Source of the DNA: Planctomycetota bacterium
GTDB taxonomy: Bacteria; Planctomycetota; B15-G4; JADJEK01
Assembly: GCA_016213895.1 (NCBI GenBank)
Contig: JACQZJ010000076.1
Coordinates: 1,291 to 65,290 of the forward strand
Direction of reading: 5' to 3'
Length of the DNA stretch: 64,000 bases
How positions within the stretch are numbered: the stretch's first letter is position 1; every line of letters starts with the position of its first letter. Below the pieces are notes generated by a model that saw nothing but the letters and a program-made list of their open reading frames with translations, was not told the DNA's origin and searched no databases. The translations under genes and the position numbers were made by a program. This document shows positions 31,404 to 40,534 of the stretch, in pieces.

Positions 31404-32288
31404 ATGCGTTGTCTGCCGCTTGCGTTCTGCTGCCTCGCCTTGGGCTGCGCCGCCTACTGTCCGCCGCGCGAGGTCGCCGCCACCCTGAACCAGGCGGTGC
31501 ACGCCGCGCAGATCCAGATCGAGCGCGAGAACCCCCTGGCGGCGGCGCAGCTCGTCGAGGCGGTGCTGCGCATCGACCCCGAACACGCGAGCGCCCGGCA
31601 GGTGAAGGAGTCGATCTCCTCGCCGCAGGTCGAGTTCCTGTTCGAGCAGAGCCCGATCGGCTCGAACCGCGCGCGCCGCGTGCCGATCGAGCGCTCGCTC
31701 GGCGCGCGCATCGGCCTCTACCTGCCGGACCGGCTGCTCGACCTGCTGGACGTGCTCTCCTTCGACGTGCACCTCGGCCTGGGCGTGCTGGTGAACGTGC
31801 ACGTCACGCGGGCGGTGCAGGTCGGCGCGGGCGGACGCGCCACCGGCGGCTTCGGCTGGCACGACCACCGCTCGCTCGGGGTGCTGGCCCAGACGGAGAG
31901 CGAGTTCGTCCTGCCCGGAGTGGGCGCCCAGGCCTACCTGGGGGCGCTCGCCGGCACCTCCGGCCTGCTGGCGACCGGCGACGCCCTGGCCGGCGTGCAT
32001 GCGCCTTCCGCGGAGCTGTACCAGGAATACCGCGACTACTGGGCGGTGGGCGTCTCGGTCACCGCGGTGGTGGTCGGGCTCGACCTCGACATCCACCCGC
32101 TGGAGATCGCCGACTTCGCGGCCGGCCTTTGCACCTTCGACTTCCTGTACGACGACCTCGCCGCGACCACGGGCCTGGGGCTTTCGCACACCGAGCGCGC
32201 GCTGCTTTGGCAGCTGTCCGACATCGGCCGCTCCCAGCGCACGATGGAGGCGTACCTCGCGACCGTGGAGGCGGAGCGCGGGAAGTAA
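31404..32288 (+). CDS. Putative lipoprotein
   Basis: Lipobox-like LALGC; DRLLDLLDV...DIHPLEIADF..G...FD...DD pattern. Confidence 0.7.
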   Translation: MRCLPLAFCCLALGCAAYCPPREVAATLNQAVHAAQIQIERENPLAAAQLVEAVLRIDPEHASARQVKESISSPQVEFLFEQSPIGSNRARRVPIERSLGARIGLYLPDRLLDLLDVLSFDVHLGLGVLVNVHVTRAVQVGAGGRATGGFGWHDHRSLGVLAQTESEFVLPGVGAQAYLGALAGTSGLLATGDALAGVHAPSAELYQEYRDYWAVGVSVTAVVVGLDLDIHPLEIADFAAGLCTFDFLYDDLAATTGLGLSHTERALLWQLSDIGRSQRTMEAYLATVEAERGK

Positions 32289-32303
32289 CCCCTGGGGGCG
32301 AAC

Positions 32304-33023
32304 ATGGACTGGGCACTGGTGACCGGCGCGAGCCGGGGGATCGGGCGGGCGATCGCGCTGGCGCTGGCGCGCCTGCCGGCGCACGTGGTGGTCAACTACA
32401 AGTCGTCGCGCGAGCAGGCCGAGGGGGTCGCGGCCGAGATCGGCGCCGCGGGCGGATCGGCCGAGGCGTGCGGCTTCGACGTCGCGGACGCGGCCGCCGC
32501 CGAGCGCGAGGTGCGGCGCCTGATCGAGCGGCGCGGCGCGCCCTACGCCGTGGTCAACAACGCCGGCGTGGTGCGGGACGAGCTCATGGTCTGGCTGACG
32601 CCGGCGGAATGGGAGAGCGTCATCGCCACCAACCTGGGCGGCTTCTTCAACGTGACGCGCCTCTGCCTCAAGGACATGCTGGTGGCGCGGCGCGGCCGCA
32701 TCATCAACGTCAGCTCGGTCGCCGGGCAGCAAGGGAACGCGGGCCAGGTGAGCTACGCGGCTTCCAAGGCCGGTCTGAACGGCGCCACCATGGCCCTGGC
32801 GCGCGAGGTGGCGCGGCGCGGCATCACCGTGAACGCCGTCGCCCCGGGCTACGTCGAAACGGAGATGACTCGTTCTCTCGACGCGGCTACACTGCAGAAG
32901 GCGATCCCGATCGGCCGCTTCGGCCGGCCGGAGGAGGTCGCTTCCCTGGTCGCGTTCCTCTGTTCCGACGGCGCTGCCTACATCACCGGCCAGGTCATTG
33001 CGGTGAACGGAGGTCTGGTCTAG
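32304..33023 (+). CDS. fabG: 3-oxoacyl-ACP reductase
   Basis: Motifs TGASRGIG, NNAG, YAASK and YITGQVIAVNGG. Confidence 0.9.
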   Translation: MDWALVTGASRGIGRAIALALARLPAHVVVNYKSSREQAEGVAAEIGAAGGSAEACGFDVADAAAAEREVRRLIERRGAPYAVVNNAGVVRDELMVWLTPAEWESVIATNLGGFFNVTRLCLKDMLVARRGRIINVSSVAGQQGNAGQVSYAASKAGLNGATMALAREVARRGITVNAVAPGYVETEMTRSLDAATLQKAIPIGRFGRPEEVASLVAFLCSDGAAYITGQVIAVNGGLV

Positions 33024-33313
33024 TGGCAGGTTCCGAGTCCGCGGATCCCGGCGTCGAGGCCGTCGTGAACCGCATCATGATCGACGAGTTCGAGTGCGCG
33101 GAGGCGGCGCTGCGGCCCGAGGCCCTGCTGAACGAGTACCTCAGCCTCGACAGCCTGGACGGCGTCGATCTGGTCGTGGCCCTGGAGAAGGCGTTCCGCT
33201 GCCGCATCGCCGAGGAAGAAGCGCGCGGCATCAAGACGCTCGGGGACATCTACGCGAAGGTTCGCTCCCGGCTTGCCGGCGCCGCGGCGCCCGCGGACGG
33301 AGGGGGTGCTTGA
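33023..33313 (+). CDS. Acyl carrier protein
   Basis: GTG overlaps the fabG stop; LDSLDGVDLVVALEKAF phosphopantetheine motif. Confidence 0.85.
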   Translation: MAGSESADPGVEAVVNRIMIDEFECAEAALRPEALLNEYLSLDSLDGVDLVVALEKAFRCRIAEEEARGIKTLGDIYAKVRSRLAGAAAPADGGGA

Positions 33314-33597
33314 GCGGCGCGGCCGAGCCTCCCGCGGAGTTCATTCCGCACCGGCCGCCGATCCTTTGCGTGGACGAGATCGTCGAGATGGCGGAGGAGC
33401 GCGTGGTGTGCGCGGGGCTGGTGCAGGCCGGGCCGCACGCGTGCGCGGGCGAGATGTGGGAGGAGGGGCTGATCGAGGGGCTGGCGCAGGCGGCCGGGGT
33501 GATGCACGGCGCGCTCCTCAGGAAGCGCGGCCTGCCTCCCGGCTTGGGGCTGCTCGTCGGGATCCGCGGATTCGCGGTGCGGCGCCGCGCGCGCTGA
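33310..33597 (+). pseudogene. Hotdog-fold 3-hydroxyacyl-ACP dehydratase (ApeP/FabZ-like), C-terminally truncated
   Basis: IPHRPPILCVD, IEGLAQAA and GLLVGIR; stops after about 95 aa. Confidence 0.65.
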
Positions 33598-33601
33598 AGT
33601 G

Positions 33602-33638
33602 TCCCCTCTCCCCTTGGGGAGAGGGCCAGGGTGAGGGG
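33602..33638. repeat. REP-like palindromic element
   Basis: ccctctcccc-tt-ggggagaggg followed by ccagggtgagggg. Confidence 0.7.
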
Positions 33639-34026
33639 TAAGGAGGTCGACGCGCTGCGCGTGGTCTGGCACGGCCACTACCTCACCTACTTCGAGGAGG
33701 GGCGCACCGCGTTCGGCCGGGAGTACTCCCTCGGCTACGAGCAGATCCTCGCCGCGGGCTGCGTCGCGCCCCTGGTGCGGGTGGAGGTCGACTTCCTGGC
33801 GCCGGCGACGTACGGGGACCTGCTCAGCGTGCGCACGCGCATGCACGCGGCCAGCGGCGCGCGCCTCGACTTCTCGTACCTGATCACGGACGGCGCCGGC
33901 CGCAGCCTCGCGGCCGGGTCCTCGGTGCAGGTCTTCACCGAGCTGGACGGGACCCTGGTGCTGACGCGTCCCCCCTTCTTCGAGCGCTTCCTGGCCGAGA
34001 ATGCCGGGCGGATGAGGGCGGGATGA
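33631..34026 (+). CDS. Acyl-CoA/ACP thioesterase (4HBT/YbgC), probably N-terminally truncated
   Basis: EVDALRVVWHGHYLTYFEEGR starts immediately after the REP-like element. Confidence 0.75.
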   Translation: MRGKEVDALRVVWHGHYLTYFEEGRTAFGREYSLGYEQILAAGCVAPLVRVEVDFLAPATYGDLLSVRTRMHAASGARLDFSYLITDGAGRSLAAGSSVQVFTELDGTLVLTRPPFFERFLAENAGRMRAG

Positions 34027-34439
34027 GCGCACGCGGCGGGGCGGCGGGGCTGCGCGAGGAGGCGGCGGGCTGCTTGACCGCCGTCGAGCCGGGCGCGGGC
34101 GCGCTCAGCGCGACCTTCCTCTTCCCGCGGGATCTCGCCGTGTTCGCCGGGCACTTTCCCGGCTCTCCGCTGGTGCCCGGGGTCTACCTGGTCGAGGCGG
34201 TGCGCGCGGCGCTGGAGCGGGCGCGCGGCCGCTCCCTCAGGCTGGTCGAGGTGCGGGACGCGCGCTTCACGGCGCCGGTCCTGCCGGGCGACCTGGTGCG
34301 CGTGGAGGTGGCGCACGCGGGCGGCGCTCCGCCCTGGTCGTGCCAGGCGGTCCTGTCGCGGCGCGGGGAGGTCGCGGCGCGCATCGAACTCGTGCTGGCG
34401 CTCGAGGAAGGGCAACGGGACGCGGACCCTGGGCTATGA
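34023..34439 (+). CDS. FabA/FabZ-like dehydratase (ApeI-like)
   Basis: FAGHFPGSPLVPGV and ARFTAPVLPGD. Confidence 0.8.
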   Translation: MSARGGAAGLREEAAGCLTAVEPGAGALSATFLFPRDLAVFAGHFPGSPLVPGVYLVEAVRAALERARGRSLRLVEVRDARFTAPVLPGDLVRVEVAHAGGAPPWSCQAVLSRRGEVAARIELVLALEEGQRDADPGL

Positions 34440-34482
34440 TGGCGGTACCGCCCGCGCCGGGGCGCAAGGCGGCGAGAGAACC

Positions 34483-35715
34483 GTGAGCCTGGAACAGCGA
34501 GTCGTCGTCACCGGCATGGGGGCGATCTCCTGCCTCGGAGAGAGCCTGGAGGAGATCGCGCGCGCCCTGCGCGAGGGGCGCTCCGGCGTGGTCTACGCGC
34601 CTGAGCGCAAGGAGCGCGGCTTCCGCTCGGCGCTCATGACGCGCCTGCCGGAGGTAGACGTCAAGGGCGAGCTGGATCGTAAGGCGCGCAAGTTCATGCC
34701 CGAGGCCGCGGTCTACTGCGCCCTCGCCGCCAACCGCGCGCTCCGCTCCGCGCATCTCCGCCGCGAGCAGGTGGCGCGCCCGGACGCCGGCATCATCATC
34801 GGCAACGACTCCTCCTCGGAGTGCCTGCCGGAGATGATGGCCACGCTGCAGCAGTACGGCGAGTCGCACTTCCTCGGCTCGAACATGGTCATCAAGGTCA
34901 TGAACTCGACCGTGTCCATGAACCTCGGGCCGTACCTCGGTGCCAAGGGCATCAACCTGACGATCAGCGCGGCGTGCAGCAGCGGCGCGCACGCTCTCGG
35001 TCTCGCCTACCAGCTCATCCGCTCCGGCGCGCAGCGCCTGATCTTCGCCGGCGGCGCCCAGGAGACCAACTGGGTGTCGATGGTGAGCTTCGACGCGCTC
35101 AACACCTTCAGCGTGCGCCACGAGGACCCGCGCGCCGCGTCGCGGCCGTTCGACCGCGGCCGCGACGGCCTCGTGCCCGGCGGCGGCGGCGCGCTGCTCG
35201 TGCTGGAGAGCCTGGAGAGCGCGCGCGCGCGCGACGCGCGCATCTACGGCGAGATCGTGGGCTACGCCTTCTCCTCGGACGGCGACCATCTGACGCTGCC
35301 TTCCGGGGACGGCGCGCTGCGCTGCATGCGGGCGGCGCTGGCCGCGGCCGGGATCGCGCCGCGCGACGTGGACTACATCAACGCCCACGCCACATCGACG
35401 CCGCAGGGCGACCAGGTGGAGGCCGGCGCCATCCACGAGCTGTTCGGCGCCGCCGGCCCGCCGGTCTCCTCGACCAAGTCGATGACCGGCCACGAGTGCT
35501 GGATGGCGGGCGCCTCCGAGGCGATCTACTGCCTGCTCATGATGCAGGACGGCTTCCTCGCCCCGAACATCAACTTCGAGGCGTTCGACGAGCAGACGCC
35601 CGAGATCAACGTCATCGCCGAGACGCTCACCGGCGAGGCGGACGTCGTGCTGTCGAACTCCTTCGGGTTCGGCGGCACGAACGCATGCCTCGTGCTGAAG
35701 CGCTTCCGGCAGTAG
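34483..35715 (+). CDS. Beta-ketoacyl-ACP synthase (FabB/F family)
   Basis: Cys-His-His triad in ACSSG, HATST and KSMTGHECW; NSFGFGG. Confidence 0.92.
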   Translation: MSLEQRVVVTGMGAISCLGESLEEIARALREGRSGVVYAPERKERGFRSALMTRLPEVDVKGELDRKARKFMPEAAVYCALAANRALRSAHLRREQVARPDAGIIIGNDSSSECLPEMMATLQQYGESHFLGSNMVIKVMNSTVSMNLGPYLGAKGINLTISAACSSGAHALGLAYQLIRSGAQRLIFAGGAQETNWVSMVSFDALNTFSVRHEDPRAASRPFDRGRDGLVPGGGGALLVLESLESARARDARIYGEIVGYAFSSDGDHLTLPSGDGALRCMRAALAAAGIAPRDVDYINAHATSTPQGDQVEAGAIHELFGAAGPPVSSTKSMTGHECWMAGASEAIYCLLMMQDGFLAPNINFEAFDEQTPEINVIAETLTGEADVVLSNSFGFGGTNACLVLKRFRQ

Positions 35716-35731
35716 GGAGGGGCGGGCGGCA

Positions 35732-37210
35732 GTGGCGCAGGCCGACGTCGTCGTCATCGGCGCAGGGCTGTCGGGGCTGGTTTGCGCCATCCTCCAGGCC
35801 GAGACCGGGCGCAGGGTGGTCGTGCTCGAGCGCCACGATGTGCCCGGCGGCTACCAGCAGCAGTTCCAGCGCAAGGGCACGGTGTTCGACGTCGGCTACC
35901 ACTACATGGGCTCGACCGCCCCCGGGCGGCCCATGCGCCAGTTCCTGGAGTACCTGCGCATCTGGGACAGGCTGCGCCTCTTGCCGCTTCCCGAGGACGC
36001 GGCCATCGAGGTGGCGAACGGCGCGCGGCGCTTCGCTTACCCGAACGGCTGGGCGCGCTTCCGGGAGAAGGCGCTCGCCGCCTGGCCGCACGAACGGGCG
36101 GGGCTCGAGCGCATGTTCCAGGACATTCCCGCCGTGACCGGGGAGTACAAGTGGTTCGACCTGGCGCGCGGCAAACCGTACGCGCACCCGCTCGACCTCG
36201 GGTTCACGTCGATCTCACTCGCGGAGTACCTGCGGCCGCTGGTGCAGGACCCCTGGCTCCTGCAGGTGCTGGGGGTGCAGGCCTTCAACCTGGGACTGCT
36301 GGCGCACGAGGCGCCGTGGGTCAAGTACGCCCTCGCCCTGCGCTCGAACTTCGACCTGACCAGCCGCATCGCCGGCGGCGGCGGCGCGCTGGTCGCGGCG
36401 CTGGTGGAGCGCGGCCGCGAACTCGGCGTGGACTACCACCTGCGCTCCGAGGTCGTGGGCTTCGAGTGCGCGCAGCGGCGCGTGCGGCGCGTGCGCACCG
36501 CCGACGGCGGCGCCTACGCGGCCGACCTGTTCATCGCCGCCTGCCACCCGAAGGCGGTCCTGGCGCGCATCCGCGACGAGGACGTCAGCCCGGTTTTCAA
36601 GGAGCGCGTGCAGAGCATGAAGGACTCGCGCGGCGCGCTGCAGGTGTTCCTGCGCCTCAAGGAGCTGCCGCGCTCGCTCGGCCGCTCCTGCCTGATGATC
36701 GTGGACGAGGAGGAGGCGCGCCGCGATCCGCCGATCCACATCGTGCTGGTGTGCAACCCCGCCGCCGTCGAGGGGCCGGAGCTCGGCGGCCCGCGCCTGG
36801 AGCTCATGACCTTCCTGGAGCACGCGCCGTTCGCCTCCTGGGCCGGGACGCAGGCCATGCGGCGCGGGGCGGAGTATGAGCGCTTCAAGTGGGCCCTCGC
36901 GCAGCGCGTCATCGACTTGACCACGCGCTTCGCGCCCGAGCTGCCGGAGCTGATCGAGGACATGTACGCGTCGACTCCGCTCACCGACGAGTGGTACACG
37001 CTGAACGCGCACGGCGCGGTCTTCGGCGTGAGCCACGACGTGACCCAGCAGGGCCTGGCGCGGCCGCTGCCGCGCGTGCGCCTGCGCAACCTCTTCTTCA
37101 GCGGGCACTCGATCCAGATGCCCGGCATCTGCGGCGTCTTCATAAACGCCTTCGACACGTGCGAGATGCTGCGCGGCGACGGCGCGCTCTTCGCCGCGGT
37201 CGCGACCTGA
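35732..37210 (+). CDS. Phytoene desaturase / retinol saturase-like FAD oxidoreductase
   Basis: Motifs IGAGLSGL, FDVGYHY, STPLT, GAVFG and NLFFSG. Confidence 0.85.
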   Translation: MAQADVVVIGAGLSGLVCAILQAETGRRVVVLERHDVPGGYQQQFQRKGTVFDVGYHYMGSTAPGRPMRQFLEYLRIWDRLRLLPLPEDAAIEVANGARRFAYPNGWARFREKALAAWPHERAGLERMFQDIPAVTGEYKWFDLARGKPYAHPLDLGFTSISLAEYLRPLVQDPWLLQVLGVQAFNLGLLAHEAPWVKYALALRSNFDLTSRIAGGGGALVAALVERGRELGVDYHLRSEVVGFECAQRRVRRVRTADGGAYAADLFIAACHPKAVLARIRDEDVSPVFKERVQSMKDSRGALQVFLRLKELPRSLGRSCLMIVDEEEARRDPPIHIVLVCNPAAVEGPELGGPRLELMTFLEHAPFASWAGTQAMRRGAEYERFKWALAQRVIDLTTRFAPELPELIEDMYASTPLTDEWYTLNAHGAVFGVSHDVTQQGLARPLPRVRLRNLFFSGHSIQMPGICGVFINAFDTCEMLRGDGALFAAVAT

Positions 37211-37339
37211 GGCGGCGTCTCGTCGTCCTTGCCGGAGAATCGCGGCACCGAGAGAGAGCGCGCGCATTAAAGCCCTCTGTTCGGAGTCGCGCCGCAGGCG
37301 CGGCTTCCCACCCAGTTCACAGAAGGACGGAGGACTGAC

Positions 37340-37849
37340 ATGCTTTCGCGTCGTTCCATGGTGGCGGCCTGCGCCGTGCTGCTCGGCGTCGCAGCCTTCG
37401 GCTTCACCTCGCACGCGGGCCCGGGCTCGACCGCGTGCATCTTCGGCGACACGCACGGCGACTGGCAGACGCCCACGCTCGTGACCCAGGGGTACGCAAA
37501 GGGCCTGCTCTACACGACCAGCGGCACCCTGATGTTCAAGATGGACGCCAAGCTCACGCTCGGGCCGGCGACGTCCGCGACCCAGAAGAGCGGCTACGTC
37601 AAGGGCTACCTCTGGGCCGTGAACAGCCCGACGCCGTCGAGCCAGCCGTACGCCTACGTCCTGGGCAAGTGGGTCGGCGACAGCACCGGCCACGGCAAGT
37701 TCAGCGCGAGCATCTACAAGCTGCCGACGACGACGCCCGTTCCGGCGCCGATCGGCCAGATCAGCGGGGAGTTCTACGATCCGCCGATCTCGACCACTCC
37801 CTATGACCCGGTCGGGAAGTACAAGGGCACGTGGCACATGTGCTTCTGA
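37340..37849 (+). CDS. Secreted hypothetical beta-rich protein
   Basis: RBS ggagg, signal peptide, strong codon bias. Confidence 0.75.
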   Translation: MLSRRSMVAACAVLLGVAAFGFTSHAGPGSTACIFGDTHGDWQTPTLVTQGYAKGLLYTTSGTLMFKMDAKLTLGPATSATQKSGYVKGYLWAVNSPTPSSQPYAYVLGKWVGDSTGHGKFSASIYKLPTTTPVPAPIGQISGEFYDPPISTTPYDPVGKYKGTWHMCF

Positions 37850-37869
37850 GGCCGAGGTTCACCCAGCAG

Positions 37870-37906
37870 GAGGCCGGGCTCCCTCGGGGGACCGGCCTCT
37901 CTTCTT
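37870..37906 (+). terminator. Probable intrinsic terminator
   Basis: gaggccgg...ccggcctc stem followed by a pyrimidine run, 20 nt after the stop codon. Confidence 0.5.
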
Positions 37907-37928
37907 GCATCGACGGCCGGCCGCGGGC

Positions 37929-38666
37929 ATGCTCGGCAGGGTGATCTCCACGGCACGCTCTCGCCCTATCCTGCTTGCGGCCCTGCTTCCAGCGCTGGCC
38001 GCCTGCTCCCTCTTCACTCGGTCGAGCGAGGCGGATCTGAGGAGGGTCGAGAGCTTCGGCGCGGGCAGGGTGGCGGGAGCGGTGGGGAACAAGCTCGTGG
38101 CGCACTTCGCGCCCGGGACGGAGGTCTACTCCTTCGACCACGAGGAGGGGGGGATCACTGTCGCGGTCACCGAGGTCGAGAACGACTACGACCGGCTGCG
38201 CATCGTGGCGCACCTCACCCTGCGGAGCCGCTTCGCGGAGGAGCTGCGCTTCACGCTCGCCGACGTGCGGCTCGACTACCGGGGCGTGGAGTACGGTGCG
38301 CAGGACGCCGCGCTTTGGCGCGAGAAGTCCGGGTTGAAGCCAGGCGTGGAGGAGAGCCGGTCCTGGGCCTTCCCGATCGGCACCTGGGTGGACGCCGGGA
38401 TCTACCAGGTGACGATTCGCGCCTTCCACCGCTCCGTGGACGGGCGCCTCGCGCCCGTCGCTTTCCAGGTCGCCTTCCCGATCAAGGTCCCGGGCGAGAA
38501 GCGTTCGCGGCTGTTCGGATGGGAGCCGGAGGGGGCGGTGAGCGGAGCGGTCGCGGCCGCTTCCCCGGCCTCCGGGGCCGGATCGCGACTCCCGGTGCAT
38601 CGAGCGCGCGACGAACGTCGAGCGGCTCTACGAGGCGTAGGCGAAGCAGGCGGTTCGTCGTGGTGA
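37929..38666 (+). CDS. Putative lipoprotein whose 3' end reads into dispersed repeat copy A
   Basis: Lipobox LAAC. Confidence 0.65.
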   Translation: MLGRVISTARSRPILLAALLPALAACSLFTRSSEADLRRVESFGAGRVAGAVGNKLVAHFAPGTEVYSFDHEEGGITVAVTEVENDYDRLRIVAHLTLRSRFAEELRFTLADVRLDYRGVEYGAQDAALWREKSGLKPGVEESRSWAFPIGTWVDAGIYQVTIRAFHRSVDGRLAPVAFQVAFPIKVPGEKRSRLFGWEPEGAVSGAVAAASPASGAGSRLPVHRARDERRAALRGVGEAGGSSW

Positions 38667-38816
38667 AGGTACGCAGGGTGACGTGGTACGTCGTCGCTGC
38701 CGGCTCCTTCGCCGGGGAAGCGCCGCTCCGGTGCAACGTACTTGCGGACGGCGGTCGCGGGCCGGAGCCCGCTCCCGCCCCGGAATGAACGCGCCGCGCA
38801 GGGCGCGCGGCGCCGG
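38526..38816 (+). repeat. Dispersed structured element, copy A (longest)
   Basis: Shares ccggagggg...ccgggg...ccggtgcat...gcgcgacga with B and C, gtgaaggt with C, and atgaacgcgccg with B. Confidence 0.75.
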
Positions 38817-38836
38817 AGAGGACGCGCGGGCGCGCC

Positions 38837-40462
38837 TCAGTCCAGTTCCGGGGCAAGGGGGGTGATGTGCGTGCCGTCACTGCTCACGTTCCCGATGAAG
38901 CTGGCGATCGTGCCGCTCTTGGCGAAGTCGATGCGGTTCTTCTTGGCCGTGTTGTCGTTGATCACGGCGTTGGTGCCGTTGTTCTCGATTCCCTCGGCGG
39001 CGTTGTCCGTGGCCGTGTTGTTGGTGAGTGAGTTGCCGTTTCCGGACTGCTCGTCGAAGCCGTCCCGGCCGTTGCCCTTGGCCTCGTTGTCGATCACGTC
39101 CATGCTGTTGCCGGACAGATAGAAGCCGTCGCCGGAGCAGCCCTTGGCCACGTTCTTGGCCAGGTCGTGGCCGTTGCCCTCGATGTGGAACACGTCGCGG
39201 CTCTGGCCGCCGCAGTCCTCCACGATGTTCAGCTTGATGCTGAAGTTCGTGCAGTTGGAGGTGACCTGGATGCCGTGCGATCCAGAGCCCTTCACCCTGT
39301 TGCTCCGCACCACGCCGTTCACCACCGCCACCCCGTCGACACGGATGCCCTCGCTGTTGCCGAACACCTCCTCGCAGACGTTGCCGATGATGCGCGGCAG
39401 CAAGCCCTCGTAGCGGATGGCCTCGTTCGACACTCGGCGGATGCGGTTGTCCTCCACCGTGTTGCCATCGCCGTCAATGTTGATGCCGTAGTTGGCGATG
39501 TCGAGGAGGCTGTTCTCCTCCACCGCGTTCGAGTTCCCGGACATGTAGATTCCGTAGTTCGCTATGGAGCGCAGCTTGTTGTTCCGCACCAGGGTGCCGT
39601 TGCCCGACATGTAGATGCCCCAGTTCGAGTTGTAGGCGATGTCGTTGTCGAGGACCTGGGCGTCGTCTCCCTCGATGTAAACGCCCCAGTTGTCTCCGTA
39701 GCGGAGCACGTTGTTCCTCACCACGGCGTTGTTGCCGTTGACGCAGTAGCACCAGTTGCCGTTGTGGAGCGCCTTGCAGTCCTCGATCAGGCAATCCGCG
39801 CCGATGATCTCGACCGCGTGTCCGTTCACGTAGTCGAAGGAGCACTTGGCCACGCGAGCCGAGTTGCCGGTGATGCGGATGGCGTCGCCCGCGCAGTGCT
39901 TGACCGTGAGCTTCGAGACGAGCGTCACGTCTCCCGTCGCCAGCACGCAGCGGCCGAAGGTGCCCCACGAGGCGCAGTCGGCGATCACGGCGCTGTTCGC
40001 GGTCTCGACGTAGACGTCGGCCGTCTCGTTGGCCGTGAAGTCGCATCCCTTGACCGCGAGCTGGTCCTGCTTGCCGTGGACGCCGTAGCCGCCGAGGCCG
40101 CCGTTGTTCAGGGCGTTCTTGATCGTGAAGCCGTGGATGGTGACCTCGCTGGAGTCGACCAGGATGCCCGGGCCGGCGCCCGCGCCGCCCGCTGGCCGGG
40201 CGTCGATCGTCACCTTGCCCGCCGCCTTGAGCGTGAGTCCGTTCTTCCCGGCCGGGATCGAGACGTTCTCCTGGTACAGGCCCTTCTTGACCAGGACGGT
40301 GTCGTTCGGGCCGGCGAGGTTGACGCCGGACTGGATGGTGGGATGAGGCCCGCCCTTCTTGACGACGATCGTGGCGGCGTGCGCCGAGCCCGCGAGGAGC
40401 AGGATGGCCAGAAGTGCGAAGAGGCGTGCACCGGAGGTGCCGTGGGCCTTGTGATTGAACAT
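38837..40462 (-). CDS. Secreted right-handed parallel beta-helix repeat protein (NosD/pectin-lyase fold)
   Basis: Signal peptide, TIQSGVN, and about 22-aa N.GIY..G....V.NN repeats. Confidence 0.85.
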   Translation of the reverse strand: MFNHKAHGTSGARLFALLAILLLAGSAHAATIVVKKGGPHPTIQSGVNLAGPNDTVLVKKGLYQENVSIPAGKNGLTLKAAGKVTIDARPAGGAGAGPGILVDSSEVTIHGFTIKNALNNGGLGGYGVHGKQDQLAVKGCDFTANETADVYVETANSAVIADCASWGTFGRCVLATGDVTLVSKLTVKHCAGDAIRITGNSARVAKCSFDYVNGHAVEIIGADCLIEDCKALHNGNWCYCVNGNNAVVRNNVLRYGDNWGVYIEGDDAQVLDNDIAYNSNWGIYMSGNGTLVRNNKLRSIANYGIYMSGNSNAVEENSLLDIANYGINIDGDGNTVEDNRIRRVSNEAIRYEGLLPRIIGNVCEEVFGNSEGIRVDGVAVVNGVVRSNRVKGSGSHGIQVTSNCTNFSIKLNIVEDCGGQSRDVFHIEGNGHDLAKNVAKGCSGDGFYLSGNSMDVIDNEAKGNGRDGFDEQSGNGNSLTNNTATDNAAEGIENNGTNAVINDNTAKKNRIDFAKSGTIASFIGNVSSDGTHITPLAPELD

Positions 40463-40534
40463 GGTCCTGTTCTCCTGTGCCGGCCGTACTTCGCCATTCT
40501 AGCGAAAGGGCTTGGCCTCGCGGCAGGACACTGG

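Noticed and set aside
38640..38700. Minus-strand TYHVTLRT resembling a RAYT/IS200 transposase N-terminus
   Set aside because: Too short, no HUH motif follows, and it is not conserved in the other repeat copies.
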